Source: Phycisphaerae bacterium (lineage in GTDB: Bacteria; Planctomycetota; Phycisphaerae; UBA1845). Taken from it: a DNA stretch of 64,000 nt. Shown here in pieces: positions 47,430-58,600 of this stretch (its first letter is position 1; every line of letters begins with the position of its first letter). The notes below the pieces were generated by a model. It was not told the origin of the DNA and did no database searches. It saw nothing but the letters and a program-made list of their open reading frames with translations. The DNA lies in assembly GCA_013360585.1 (NCBI GenBank), contig JABWBH010000016.1:9474-73473 (forward strand), read 5' to 3'. The translations under genes were made by a program, and so were the position numbers.

Positions 47430-50400
47430 GACGAGCCACCGCCCTCGGCCCGCGCGATCTCTGTCTTCTCTGCGTCCTTCTTCACCGGCGGCGATTCCTC
47501 GGCCGGCTTATCCGGCGGCGGCTTCGGACCGTACTTCGTGATCGGCTTCGAAAGGTCCGGTCCGTAACGCCGCGGTTTCGGCCCGTAAAGCTCCCGGTTC
47601 GCAGGCGTCGCACCGTTCCCGTTGCTCGGTCCCGCCGACGGGGCGTTGGGATCCTGCGGACCCATCAGCGCCGCGTCCGGCGTAATCCGCAGCCCCTCCA
47701 TGAAACGGTGCGTCTTCACCCAGTCCGACGCCTCGCCCATGTCCCGCTCGCGCCCCGACATCTGCCGCGCGTCCTGCGGCGTCCGGAGCACCTCCACCGT
47801 CAGCACCACCATCAGCTCCGTCCGCCGGCTCACGTCCGTCGCGGATCGGAACAGCGGACCGAAAAGCGGAAGATCTCCGAAAATCGGAACCTTCGTCTCG
47901 CCGTACTCCTGGCTCGACGTGATCAACCCTCCGAGCACCACCGTCTCCCCGTCCTTCACCGTCACGCTCGATTCCAGCCGCCGCTCGTTGATCACCGGCG
48001 CCCGCAAACCCTCCGTCAGCGTGATCGTCTGATTCGAAAGCTGCGAAATCTCCGCCAGAATATCCATCCGGACGTAGTTGTCCGGCGTAATGTGCGGCGT
48101 CACGTCCAGCTCGATGCCTACATCCTCGTAGTCGAACGACGTCTGCGTCCGGGCGCTCGTGTCTCCCACGTTCGACGTCGTCGGGATCGGAATGCGGTCG
48201 CCGATCCGGATGTTGCCCACCCGGTTGTTCTCCACCACCACCGTCGGCCGCGACAACACTTCCAACCGGCTTTCCGTCTGCAGCGCATGCACCAGGAACC
48301 CGAAATCCTCCCCCGTGATCGTGAACGAGAATCCCGTCCCCGATCCGATGGCCCCGATGTCCGTCCCGATCACGCTATCGAATGCGTCGTTGTCTCCGAT
48401 CACCGTCCCGTTCGGCCCCAGCACCGCCGTCTGGGAGAACTCCAGATCCTGACCCGCGAACTCGATGCCCAGCTCGAGACGATCGTCCAGAATCACCTCC
48501 GCCACCATCACGCTGATCCGCACCTGCGGCTCAGGCCGGTCAAGCTGCTGCACCAGCTCCAGAATCTGCGGCAGCTTCCGCGGACTCGCCCCGATCACCA
48601 GCCCCGCCCCGCGATCCTCCTCATCCGTCCCCCCAATGCTCACCAGCGACACTTTCTTCTCGCTTCGCTGATATGACGAGGTCGATTCCTCCGTGTCCTG
48701 GTACACTTCCTCCTCCTGCTGCAACCAGTCCTGAAGCGCCTGCGACAACTGCTCGGGCTGAAGCGTGTTCGGCCGGTACACGTCGGCCAGCCGCTCCTGC
48801 ACATCCCGCGCATCCAGAATCCGCACCAGCCCCTCCACCATCTGAAGGTCGATCGGCGCCCCCGCCGCCACCACCGTGTTCGTCCGCACGTCCGCCACGA
48901 AGCGCAGCGTCTGCCCCGCCAGCGCCGGAATCCCCTGCGACGGGAAGCCCATCAACTCGAACGTGCTGCGGATGTTCTGCTCCTCCTGATCCCCGGTCGC
49001 GCTGCCTTCCTCATAAAGTTCGCGGAGCATCTCCACGACCGTCTCCGCGTTGCTGTTCCACAGCTCGAACATCCGGATCTCGTTCACCGTCGGGCGGATC
49101 TGGTCGATGCTGCGGATCATCGACTCCAGGGCGTCGATGCTCTTCTCCGGCGCATACACGAAGATCGAGTTCGTCCGCGGATCCGGCGTGAACCGAACGT
49201 CCTGCCGAAGCAGTTTGTGCTCCACGAACGTCCCGTCGTCCCGCTCCTCGCGGAACGTCACCATCACCGCCGACTGCTCGTCCTCGTTCTCCCCGAAGAT
49301 CGCCTCCTGAAGCACCTGCGCGAAGTTCTCCGCCAGCGCCTGCTTGAGCTTCACCACCCGCACGCCCTGGTTCCGCACCGGCAGCGTCGTGTCCAGCTTC
49401 TCGATCATCACCGCCACGTCCTCAAGCTGCGACGACGATGCCCAGACGATCAGCGCGTTGCTCCGAACATCCGGAACCACCGCCACCGCGTCCGGACGCC
49501 CGGAGTCCGCGTCGCCGCCTGACTCCGCGAACAACTGGTCCAGCCCCTCCGCCACGTCTTCCGCCCGCGCGTACTGAAGCGGGAAAATCTCCACCTGCTT
49601 CGCCAGCGACGACTTCTGATCCAGCAGCTTCAGCAGGTCCGACACCACCTTGTGATCATCGCGCGATGCGCTGATCACCAGGCTGTTCGCCCCCTCAAAC
49701 GGCACGATCACCACCGGCGTGCGCTCCGCGCTGTCCCCGCCCCCCTGCGCGCGGTCCTCGAACAACCGCGTCATCTTCGCCGCAAGCGTCACCGCGTTCG
49801 CGTGGATCAGCGCATACGCCTCCAGCACCGCCGTCGTCGGGCCCGACTCCACGTCCAGCTTCGTGATCAGCGTCTCCACCCGCTCCATCGCGTCCTGCGT
49901 CGCCGCCACGATCAGCGAGTTGCTCCGCTCGTCCGAAATGAACGTCGGTTGGTTCTCCTCGCCCATCAACTGCGTCAGCCCGTCGAACAACTCCTCGAAC
50001 TTCGTCTTCATCTGCATCGCATCCGCGAACTTCAGCCCGAAGATGCGGATGCTGTCCACGGCCGACTCCTGCTCCAGGCTCTCGACAAGCTGCTTGATCT
50101 GGGCGAAGTCCTCCGGACCTGCCGCCACGATCAGCGAGTTGCTTCGCGTGTCCGCCACGATCACCGGCTCATCCGGAAACTGCTCCGCTTCCTGAAGGAT
50201 CGCAATCTTCCGCTGCCACAGCTCGACGATCTTTTCCGCCATCGTCTCCGCCGACAGGTGCTTGCACTTGATGATCCCCAGTTGCGTCAGGTTCCGGCTC
50301 GCCGGCACGTCCAGCGACTTCACCAGCTCCGTGATCTCTCCCAGGTTCTCCTCGCTCGCCGACAGAATCAGCGCGTTGTTGTTCACGTCAATCGTCAGGA

Positions 50401-52387
50401 ACACACGCTCCGCCTCTGACGGAATGGATCCGACGGTCTGGCTGTAAGCTTCCAGCCGCTGCTCCAGCATGTCCGTCAGCACCTTGCCGATCCGGATCGC
50501 GTCCCCGTTCTGAAGACGAACCAGCCGGATCGGATACTTGTACCGGTACGGCTTATCCAGCCCCTCCACGATCCGCTTCGCCAGCGCTACCTGCTCCGGA
50601 CGGCCCGCGATCACCAGCGTGTTCGACCGCTGATCCCCCGTCACCGAAAACGCATACGCCAGCGCCTTCGCCTCAGGCTTCCGCGGCACGCCCTCCGGAT
50701 TCGGCTCGCCCGGATCCGGCAGAATTCCCGGTCCGTCGTCGAAAATGCTCGCCAGCCGCTCCTCCAGGTCGTTCGCATCCGCGTACATCAGCGGGATGAT
50801 CTCGACGTCCACATCCTCCGCCAGCGGAACGCTGTCCAGCAGCCGGATCAGCTCCGCGAAGCCCGGAATGTTCTTCTCCACCGTCGCCACGAGGATGCTG
50901 TTGGTCCCCGCGTCCGCGATCAGCTTCACCGTCCGCGACACGTCGATCGGCTTGATCACGTTGATCGTCCCGTCCTTCGGATCGACGATCGACAGGCTCA
51001 ACCGCAAGATCGCCTCATTCGCCGCCTCCGCATCCTCCGGCGAACGCAGCAGCGTCTCCAGCACCGTCCGGAACTCCTCCGCGTTCGAGTGCAGCAGCGG
51101 GAACATCACCAGCTTCAGCTCGCCCCAGTCCTCCTTCGGCGCAACGTCCACCGCGTCGATGATCGCCTGAATCTTCTCCCGCTCCGATTCCGGCGCGAAC
51201 ACCTGGATCGTGTTCGTCGCGTCGATCGCCTTGATCGCCAGCTCCCCGCTCTTCGCCCCGAGCTGCGTGCGGATCTTGCTCAGCATGTCCTGCACCTCGC
51301 GCAGAACGTCGCTCGCCTTGCGGTTCCTGATCTCGAACTCCAGCCACTTTCCCGGAATGCTCGGCGGCAGGGCGTCGATCTTGTCGATGAGCATCAGGAT
51401 CGTCTCAATGTGCTCCGGCAGCGCCGCGACGATCACCACGTTGTCCCCCGCCGGCGTGATCTTGAACTGATCCTGCGTCCGCCCCGTCGGCGCGGGAAAC
51501 ACGTCCCGCAACGCTTCCGTCACGATCCGAGAAACTTCGTCCGAACCCTTGTTTTCGAGCACGACCGGTTCGATCACCTTCGTTTTCTGAAACGCATCGA
51601 GCATGAGGATCAGGGCTTCGAGCTTCTGCACATCCTCCGGATTGCCGCGCAGCACGATGTTCCCGCCGACCACCTCGACCTTCAGGTCCGCGCCCGACAA
51701 CCCGAGATCCATCGAGTTGATGTAGCCCAGAAGCTGATCCCCGGAGAGATTCTTGAAGGGCACGTCGAGTTGCCGCGCCCGCATCGCCGGCGTCTGACCC
51801 TCCGCGGGAACTTCCCGCTCAGGAGGCGCCTGCCCCTCTGCGGCAACGTTGCGATCCGCAGCAGCCTGCTCCACCGCCGCCTCCGCCGCCTGCTCCTGCC
51901 CCGTCATCTCTGAAACGGCCGCCCTGGCCTGCTCTTTGATCGCTGCGCTGTCCGCCTTGCCCTTCGGTTTCCCCGTCTTCGGCGCCGCGCCGGCAGCCTT
52001 GTTCTTCCCCTTCTTGCCCTCAGCCGCTTTTTCACCGGTCGTCGGCGCCTCGCCCGTCGCCGGAGGCTGCGCCGCTCCGCCTTCCCCAGCGCCGGCGTCT
52101 GCCTTTTTTCCCGTCCTGGCGTCGCCCTTCTTGCCGGCCTGCTTATCCGCCTTCGCGTCGCCCTTCTTTTTGTCCTTCTTTCCGCCCTTCTCGGCGTCTC
52201 CCTCGGCGGGCGGCTGCTTCTTCCCCGGCTTCGTCTCCGTCGAAGCCGAAGGCGCCTCCTGCGCCGGCTGAAGCGCGGCGTTCGTTGAAACCCGCCACGG
52301 TCCGCACACACCCGTCGCCAGCCCGGCGGCCGCCGCTACGCGAAGTGTCAATGTGATTGCCGCCCGGTTCATTCGTCTTGAGTTCAT
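47426..52387 (-). CDS. gspD: Giant GspD-type secretin with ~13 secretin-N repeats
   Basis: C-terminal secretin core (QVRISVMVAEV, LSRPTVVV, DVGIELDVTPHI, VKDGETVVLGGLI, KVPIFGDLPLFGPLFRS) preceded by repeated [VIF]-L-x-[YH]A-x-A...D-x-R-[ST]NSLIV...LD units. Confidence 0.9.
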   Translation of the reverse strand: MNSRRMNRAAITLTLRVAAAAGLATGVCGPWRVSTNAALQPAQEAPSASTETKPGKKQPPAEGDAEKGGKKDKKKGDAKADKQAGKKGDARTGKKADAGAGEGGAAQPPATGEAPTTGEKAAEGKKGKNKAAGAAPKTGKPKGKADSAAIKEQARAAVSEMTGQEQAAEAAVEQAAADRNVAAEGQAPPEREVPAEGQTPAMRARQLDVPFKNLSGDQLLGYINSMDLGLSGADLKVEVVGGNIVLRGNPEDVQKLEALILMLDAFQKTKVIEPVVLENKGSDEVSRIVTEALRDVFPAPTGRTQDQFKITPAGDNVVIVAALPEHIETILMLIDKIDALPPSIPGKWLEFEIRNRKASDVLREVQDMLSKIRTQLGAKSGELAIKAIDATNTIQVFAPESEREKIQAIIDAVDVAPKEDWGELKLVMFPLLHSNAEEFRTVLETLLRSPEDAEAANEAILRLSLSIVDPKDGTINVIKPIDVSRTVKLIADAGTNSILVATVEKNIPGFAELIRLLDSVPLAEDVDVEIIPLMYADANDLEERLASIFDDGPGILPDPGEPNPEGVPRKPEAKALAYAFSVTGDQRSNTLVIAGRPEQVALAKRIVEGLDKPYRYKYPIRLVRLQNGDAIRIGKVLTDMLEQRLEAYSQTVGSIPSEAERVFLTIDVNNNALILSASEENLGEITELVKSLDVPASRNLTQLGIIKCKHLSAETMAEKIVELWQRKIAILQEAEQFPDEPVIVADTRSNSLIVAAGPEDFAQIKQLVESLEQESAVDSIRIFGLKFADAMQMKTKFEELFDGLTQLMGEENQPTFISDERSNSLIVAATQDAMERVETLITKLDVESGPTTAVLEAYALIHANAVTLAAKMTRLFEDRAQGGGDSAERTPVVIVPFEGANSLVISASRDDHKVVSDLLKLLDQKSSLAKQVEIFPLQYARAEDVAEGLDQLFAESGGDADSGRPDAVAVVPDVRSNALIVWASSSQLEDVAVMIEKLDTTLPVRNQGVRVVKLKQALAENFAQVLQEAIFGENEDEQSAVMVTFREERDDGTFVEHKLLRQDVRFTPDPRTNSIFVYAPEKSIDALESMIRSIDQIRPTVNEIRMFELWNSNAETVVEMLRELYEEGSATGDQEEQNIRSTFELMGFPSQGIPALAGQTLRFVADVRTNTVVAAGAPIDLQMVEGLVRILDARDVQERLADVYRPNTLQPEQLSQALQDWLQQEEEVYQDTEESTSSYQRSEKKVSLVSIGGTDEEDRGAGLVIGASPRKLPQILELVQQLDRPEPQVRISVMVAEVILDDRLELGIEFAGQDLEFSQTAVLGPNGTVIGDNDAFDSVIGTDIGAIGSGTGFSFTITGEDFGFLVHALQTESRLEVLSRPTVVVENNRVGNIRIGDRIPIPTTSNVGDTSARTQTSFDYEDVGIELDVTPHITPDNYVRMDILAEISQLSNQTITLTEGLRAPVINERRLESSVTVKDGETVVLGGLITSSQEYGETKVPIFGDLPLFGPLFRSATDVSRRTELMVVLTVEVLRTPQDARQMSGRERDMGEASDWVKTHRFMEGLRITPDAALMGPQDPNAPSAGPSNGNGATPANRELYGPKPRRYGPDLSKPITKYGPKPPPDKPAEESPPVKKDAEKTEIARAEGGGSS

Positions 52388-52436
52388 GAGTCCTGCTCGT
52401 CGTATATCCCCGGGATCGAACGCAACCCGACCCCTC

Positions 52437-52484
52437 GCCCTCACCGCCCCGCGCCCTCACTGCCCCGCGCCCTCACCGCCCCGC
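52437..52484. repeat. 3 x 16-bp tandem repeat GCCCTCA[C][C/T]GCCCCGC
   Basis: Units at 52437, 52453 and 52469 (one C>T difference), between the two secretin-family genes. Confidence 0.85.
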
Positions 52485-52652
52485 GCCTGGATCGAACCCC
52501 GCCCCGCTGCCCTTCACGTTGCGCAGCGATGCAAAGGTCAGGAAGCTCTCTTGCTCGTCCGGTCCCCACCGCGCCCCTTCGGAAGCGCCCCGCCTCCCGC
52601 ACCGACGGCCCTGACGCTTATACCCCGACGACCCCCTGCGGACTCGCCGCGC

Positions 52653-55600
52653 CTACCGCCGCCTCCCCGAACCGCTCGAACTGCTCGTGCCCTCATCCTG
52701 CTGTCGCAGCATGTCGATGATCGCCTGCACGTCATCCGCGCTGAGCTTTTTGATCGGGACCAGCCGCGTCTCCTCGCCCCCCGCGGGCCCCCGGCTGGTC
52801 AACTGCGCCACCATCTCCCGCACCTGCGGAAACAGCGAAGGCGCGCCCGTCACAATCAGCGACCGCGTCCGCGCATCCGGCGTGATCGTCACGCTCCCGC
52901 GCGACGTTCCGCCGCTGCGCCCCTGCCCCGATCCCTGAATCCCCTTGTTGATCGCGTCCGAAACCTGCTGCGCCAGCAGACTCACGTTGTATCCCTGCTC
53001 CACGCCGATGATCTCGAACGTCCCCTCCTGATACAGCTCCGAGTCGAGCTGCGCGATGACCCCCGCGATCGTCTCCATCACCTCCGGCTCCGCCACCACC
53101 ACCAGGGCGTTCGCCGAGGTCAGCGCGCTGATTCGCGCCCCGCCCGACAGCGCCTCGCTCGATCCGCCGCGGCTCGGGCTGAAAAAGAACGGGTTGCGGT
53201 TCGATGACCCCGAAGAAGAACCCGGACGTTGCAGGTAACTCTGAAGCGCCGCCTGCGCCTCGTCCACCGCGATGTGCTTGAGCATGAACACGCGGATGTC
53301 CTGCTTCTTCGCAAGATCCACGTCGATCTTCTCAATGATTTCGCTGATCTTCTTGAATTCCTCGTCGTTCGCCCGGATCACCAGATTGTTCGTGCCCGGA
53401 ACCAGCGCCACCACCATCCCGCCGCCCGAATCCGTCTGATCCCAGAAGAAGAACCCCCCGCCGCGCCGGCCGCGCCCGCCCCCGAAGGGATCCGCCCCGC
53501 CGGAGAACAAATCCTGAAGCACCGACTGCACGCCTTCCGGATCAACGTTCTTGATCTCGACCACGCGGATCGGCCGGTCCGCCCCCTCCTCCTTGTCCAG
53601 TTGCGCAACCAGCGACTGCACATCCTTCAACATCCTCGGCGAGGATGCGATGATGACCGAACGCGAACCCATCTCGGGAAACGCAATGACCGTGTCCTGC
53701 GGGTTCTTGCGCCCGCCGGAGGATTGCCCCCCTTGTCCGAAGACGTTCGAGATCGCCTGCGAAACCGCTTGAGGGTCGGCGTAGCTGAGCTTGATCGACG
53801 TGATCGTCCGCCCCGTCGTCACCTCCTCCACGTCCAGCTTCGTCAGCAGCTCCTTCACCCAGTTCATCTCCACCTCGTTGGCGAAGACGATCAGGCTGTT
53901 CGTCCCCAGATCGGGCGCCACGTACATCGGCTGCACCTCGGTCTTCTTCTTCGCCTGCGTGTTCTGGATGAGCTGGCTGAGGTTCTGCGCCACGTCCTGC
54001 GCGTTTGCGTACGTCAGCTTGATCGTCTGCACCGTCCGCTGCGCCGACGACGCCACGTCAAGCTGCGTCAGCAGCATCGCGATCTTGTCGTGGTTCTCCT
54101 TCGACGCCCCGATGATCAGGTTGCTCGGCGGCGTCCACGCGGCCTTGATCGTGTCCTCCGGGCGCTGCTTCCCGCCGCGGGTCTGCGCAAACGCCTGATT
54201 GACCATCGTCACCACGTACTGCGGGTCCAGATACTCCAGCGGGTAGACGCGGATGACGATCCCCGCATCCTCGTTCGCCGGAAGATCAAGCTGCGAAACC
54301 AGCGCCTTCGCTTCCTCGATGTCCTTCGGCGCCCCGCTGATCAGGATCGCGTTCAGCGCCGGAACCGGCGTCACCGTAAGCTGCTGCCCCGGCTGCCGCT
54401 TCTGCACCGCTCCGCTCTTGCCCAGCCCCTGCGTAATCACCTGGGCGAGTTCCTCTGCGTTCGCCTGCTTGAGGAAGATGACCTCCCGCTGCGCCCCCAG
54501 CCCCGTGTCCACGTCCAGCTCCGCGAGAAGCTGCTGGATCCGCTCGTGATTATTCTCGCTTGCCGTCACGATCAGCGACGACGTCGCCGGATCGACGAAC
54601 GCCAGCACGAGATCCCGCGCCGACGTCTGCACCGTCGTCTGCTTCGCCGTCCGGCCCTTGCCCGTGCGCGTTGCCGTCCACTCATCGATGACGCTCTTGA
54701 GCACGTTCGGATCCGCCCACTGCACCGGATACTTCTTCGTCAGAAGCCCCTCCTTCAGCGACGTCTCCTCCGTGTCCAGCATCCCGACGCGCTCCTCGAT
54801 GAACTTGAGGTTGTCCTCGTCCGCCAGCACGAGAAGCTGACGCATGTCCGGGTCCGAACTGATGACCACCGTCGTGCTCATCGCGTCGCCCTTCGCCCCG
54901 ACCGCCTTGAACCCCTCCACGCGCTCGCTGACCAGCGCCCGGATCTTGTCCGCCATCAGGTCCGGATGAACGTGCTTCAGATCGATCACCTTGTACTGAA
55001 GCTGCGGCGGCTGCATCTCCTCCAGCGGATTGATGAAGTTGTTCTTGATCTCCTCCTGCATCTTCTCCGACGCCCGGACGATCACGACGTTCATCGCCTT
55101 GTTCGCCTCGGCCTTGACCTCGACGCCCTTGTCCTTTCGGTCGCCGTAGGTGGAGTTGATGTTCTTCGCCACCTCCTCCGCGTTCGCCCGGACAAGCTGA
55201 TACATCGCCGTCACGACTTTCCCGACCGCCTTGTCCGGCGTGTCCAGGTCGGTCAGCGCCATCTGGATGAACGCGTGCGTCTGCGGACCGCCCAGCACAA
55301 TCAGCGCATTCGTCGCATCATCCGCGTCCACCGCGAACTTCTCGCTGCTTCCGCGGCTGCCCGACCCGCTCTGATACTGCGCCATCATGCCCTTCATCAT
55401 CTCGAGCACGGCGCGGGCGTTGAGGTACTGAAGCTTGAACACCCGGAACTGAAGGTCCGTCACAATGTCCAGCTTCCCGACCAGCGACTCGACCTGCTTG
55501 AACGCCTCCTCATTCGGCGCGGACACGAACAACTTCCGCGTCGCGTCCGACGCCGCCACCGTGATCCGTCCCGCAGCCGTCGACCCGCCCCGACCGCCCC

Positions 55601-58600
55601 CGCGTGCGGAAGACCCCCGGCTGCCCCCGCCGTAAGCGAGGTTCACCGCATCCGCAATCTCGCTGGGAACGCCGAACTTCACGTCGATGATCCGCACCTC
55701 CTGCTGCATGCAGGTCTGCTGGTCGATCCGCTCGATCGTCGCCAGCACTTCCGGCTTGATCGCGTTCGGCACGCTGTAAAAGAGGATCCGCCCGTCGCCG
55801 GTCGCGTAGAACTTCGCCCCCTCCGCCGGGGCGCCGCCACGACCCTTCCCCCCCGAGCCCGCATCGCTGAACATCTGCCCCAGTTGCGTCGCCAGCTCGC
55901 CGCCTTCTGCGCAGTGAAGCTCAATGAACTCGTACTGCGTCCCCTCCGGCGCCACGTCCAGCCGCGCGATGACCTCCTTCACCTCGGTCATCTGCTCCTC
56001 GGTCGCCCGCACCACCACCACGTTCAGCCGCGGATACGGAAGGAACGTCGGCGGAGCGATCGGACTTTGTCCCGACGCCTTCCCGCCCCGCGCGTCGCCC
56101 CCGGAGGCGCCGCGCGCCGTGTCGGCGAAGTGTTGATCCAGCATGCCCGCCACGTCCGTCGCCAGCGAGTTGATCAGCGGAACCCACTCCACCTTCCGCT
56201 CCGGCAGCTCAAAACTCTCCCAGTCCGCAATCAGCGTCCCGATGAAATTCAGCGCCGGCTCGGGCGCCAGCGCAATGATCGTGTTCGCCATCGGATTGCT
56301 GCTGATCCGGATCTGCGCCGGAATGATCTCCGTCCCCGAGACCGGATCGATGATCGGCTTCGGCATCACGCCGCCGTCCGACTCCGCGTCGCGCAGACGC
56401 TCCTCCTGCGATTTCGGTTTCTCATCCAGCCGCAGGAAGTCCCGCAGCTTCTTCTCCACGTCCTCCGCCTGAAGCTTCTTCAACGCAAAGATGCGGAACT
56501 CGCTCTCCACCTCCTGAGGCCGGTCGATCGTCGCAAGCAGCTCCAGGATCGCCGGGTACATCCCCGTCGGCGCGCGGAACACCAGCGTCCGGTCACGCGG
56601 ATTCGCGTAAACCGTGATCTGCGTGGATTGCTGCGCCTGCATCTGCGCCAGCATCTGCTGGTTCGGGTTCTGCTGCTGTCCATCGTCGCCCTGTCCCGGC
56701 TGGCCCGGGCGCCCCGGTTGACCTGACACGCCGCCCGGCAGCCCCGGCGCCGTCCGTCCTGCGTCCTCCTCCTCCCCACGCCCCGAGCGATTGCCGCCTC
56801 CCGCCGCCGCGGCCCGAGCCGCCGCCGCCTGCTGCGCCTGACGCTGCGCCATCTGCTGCATCTGCTGCTGCTGCTGGCGCATCAGGTTCTGCATGTTTCG
56901 CGACCCCGCCCCGAACATCTCCTCGATGATGTCCTTCGCCAGCACCGGGTCAATGTACTTCACCCGGTAAACGCGGATGTCCGGCTTCGTCGAAGGCTGC
57001 TCCTTCGCCAGCTCCGTCACCATCTCCTCGACGGCCGTCACATCCTCGTACGAGCCTTCGACCACCAGCGTGTTCGTGATCGGATCCCAGATCAGCGAGA
57101 CTTTCTCGAGTTCGCCTTCGCCCGTCTCACGGCCCACGCCCGTCTGCCGCGGAACAAAGAGAATCCGCGACTCGCCTTCGGGTTCAACCGACGGCGGAGG
57201 CGACGCAGAAGCTCGCGGCGCGGGCATGCCCGGCAGCGGATCGTCCCCCGTCACCACCGGAACGTCTCCGTCCCGGATGTCCGTCGGCGGCTCCTCCGAC
57301 GTCATCCCGCCTTCCCCGACGGTCGCGGCGTCCTCGACGGATTCCGCCGCCCCCTCATCCTCTCCGCGAGACCGGCGATCGTCTTTCTTCTCTGCTCGGC
57401 TGTCGCTTTTCTTCGCGGCTTTTTCCTTCGGCGCGGGCTCAGCCGGCTCGGCCTCTTTCTTCTTCTTGTTCTTCTTGCCCCCGGACTCCGGAGGGGCTTC
57501 TTGAGTAAACGCCGTCAGGATCAAGCTCGCCGACCGCCCCGCCGACAACGACGACGGCAGCACGCACCCCCCACCGGTCTTCCCCGCCTCGTTCGTCGAA
57601 GACGCGCCGCCCGCGCCGTTCGTGCCCCCGCTCCGGCGCGGCTGAACCTTCTCCACACCGTAATCGTCCAGCACGTCCTGATTCGCCTGCGGCGCGAGCT
57701 TCTTCGTGATCTCGCGCCCGTCGATGTTGATCCGCTCCGCAACCGACTCCACCGGAACGTTGATCGGCACCGGGATGACCCGCCGCGTCGGAACATCCTT
57801 CTCCCCCGGCTTGTCCACCACCGCGAAAACGATCTTCTGAATCTCCTGCAACACCGACAGCCGCGGATGCTTCACCGTCAGCGTGTTCAGATCCTCGTCG
57901 TAGCTGATCGCCGGGTCGTCCTCCCACATCCCCGTCACGTAGGTGTCGAGCGCAAGATACGCATCCCAGGCGTCCGCGTACGAAAGCTCATAAATCAACG
58001 TGTAAGGCTCGAGCGGTTTGGTCAGCGGACTGTCGCCTTCGCCCGGGGCGGGGTCGAGCTTCGCCAGCAGACTGTCGATCTCCTCCAGCTTCGCCGCCGA
58101 GGTCACGATCAGGATCGTCCTCGCGTAGTAGTCCGCCTGAAGATACAGGTCGCGCCCCTGATACGTCCGCGTGCTCTCCCACTCCGGTTCCGACGACGGC
58201 CCGAAGAGCGCGTCCAAGCTGTCCTCGTCGCTCTTCTTGCTGGAGGGTTTCGGCTGCGGCGCCGGAGCCTGCGAGCGTCCGCCGCGCGGCTGTGCGCCAC
58301 TCGCCTGCGGCGCGTCGATCACGTTGATGATCAGATCGACGAGTTGCTTCGGCTCGGCCTCGTTGATGTGATAGAGCTTGACCTGCTGCCCGACCAGCGC
58401 CTGCTTGTCCAGATCCTCGATCCACTTCTGCGCCTGATCGAGTTCCGCCACCGTCCCGTGCATGACCACCGCGTGTCCGCCCGGCGCTTCGGCGATGTAA
58501 AACTGCCCCGCGCCGCCCGGCGACCCGCCGCCACCCCGACCGGGACGCGGACCCGGACCGCCGCCCCCACCCTGCTCATTGCGGATCATCGCCGAAATCG

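Noticed and set aside
52388-52652. Possible frameshift splitting one secretin gene; T-loop-like GGTTCGATCC; CRISPR-like repeat
   Set aside because: The downstream gene has its own signal peptide; there is no cloverleaf; the repeats are contiguous with no spacers and no cas genes.
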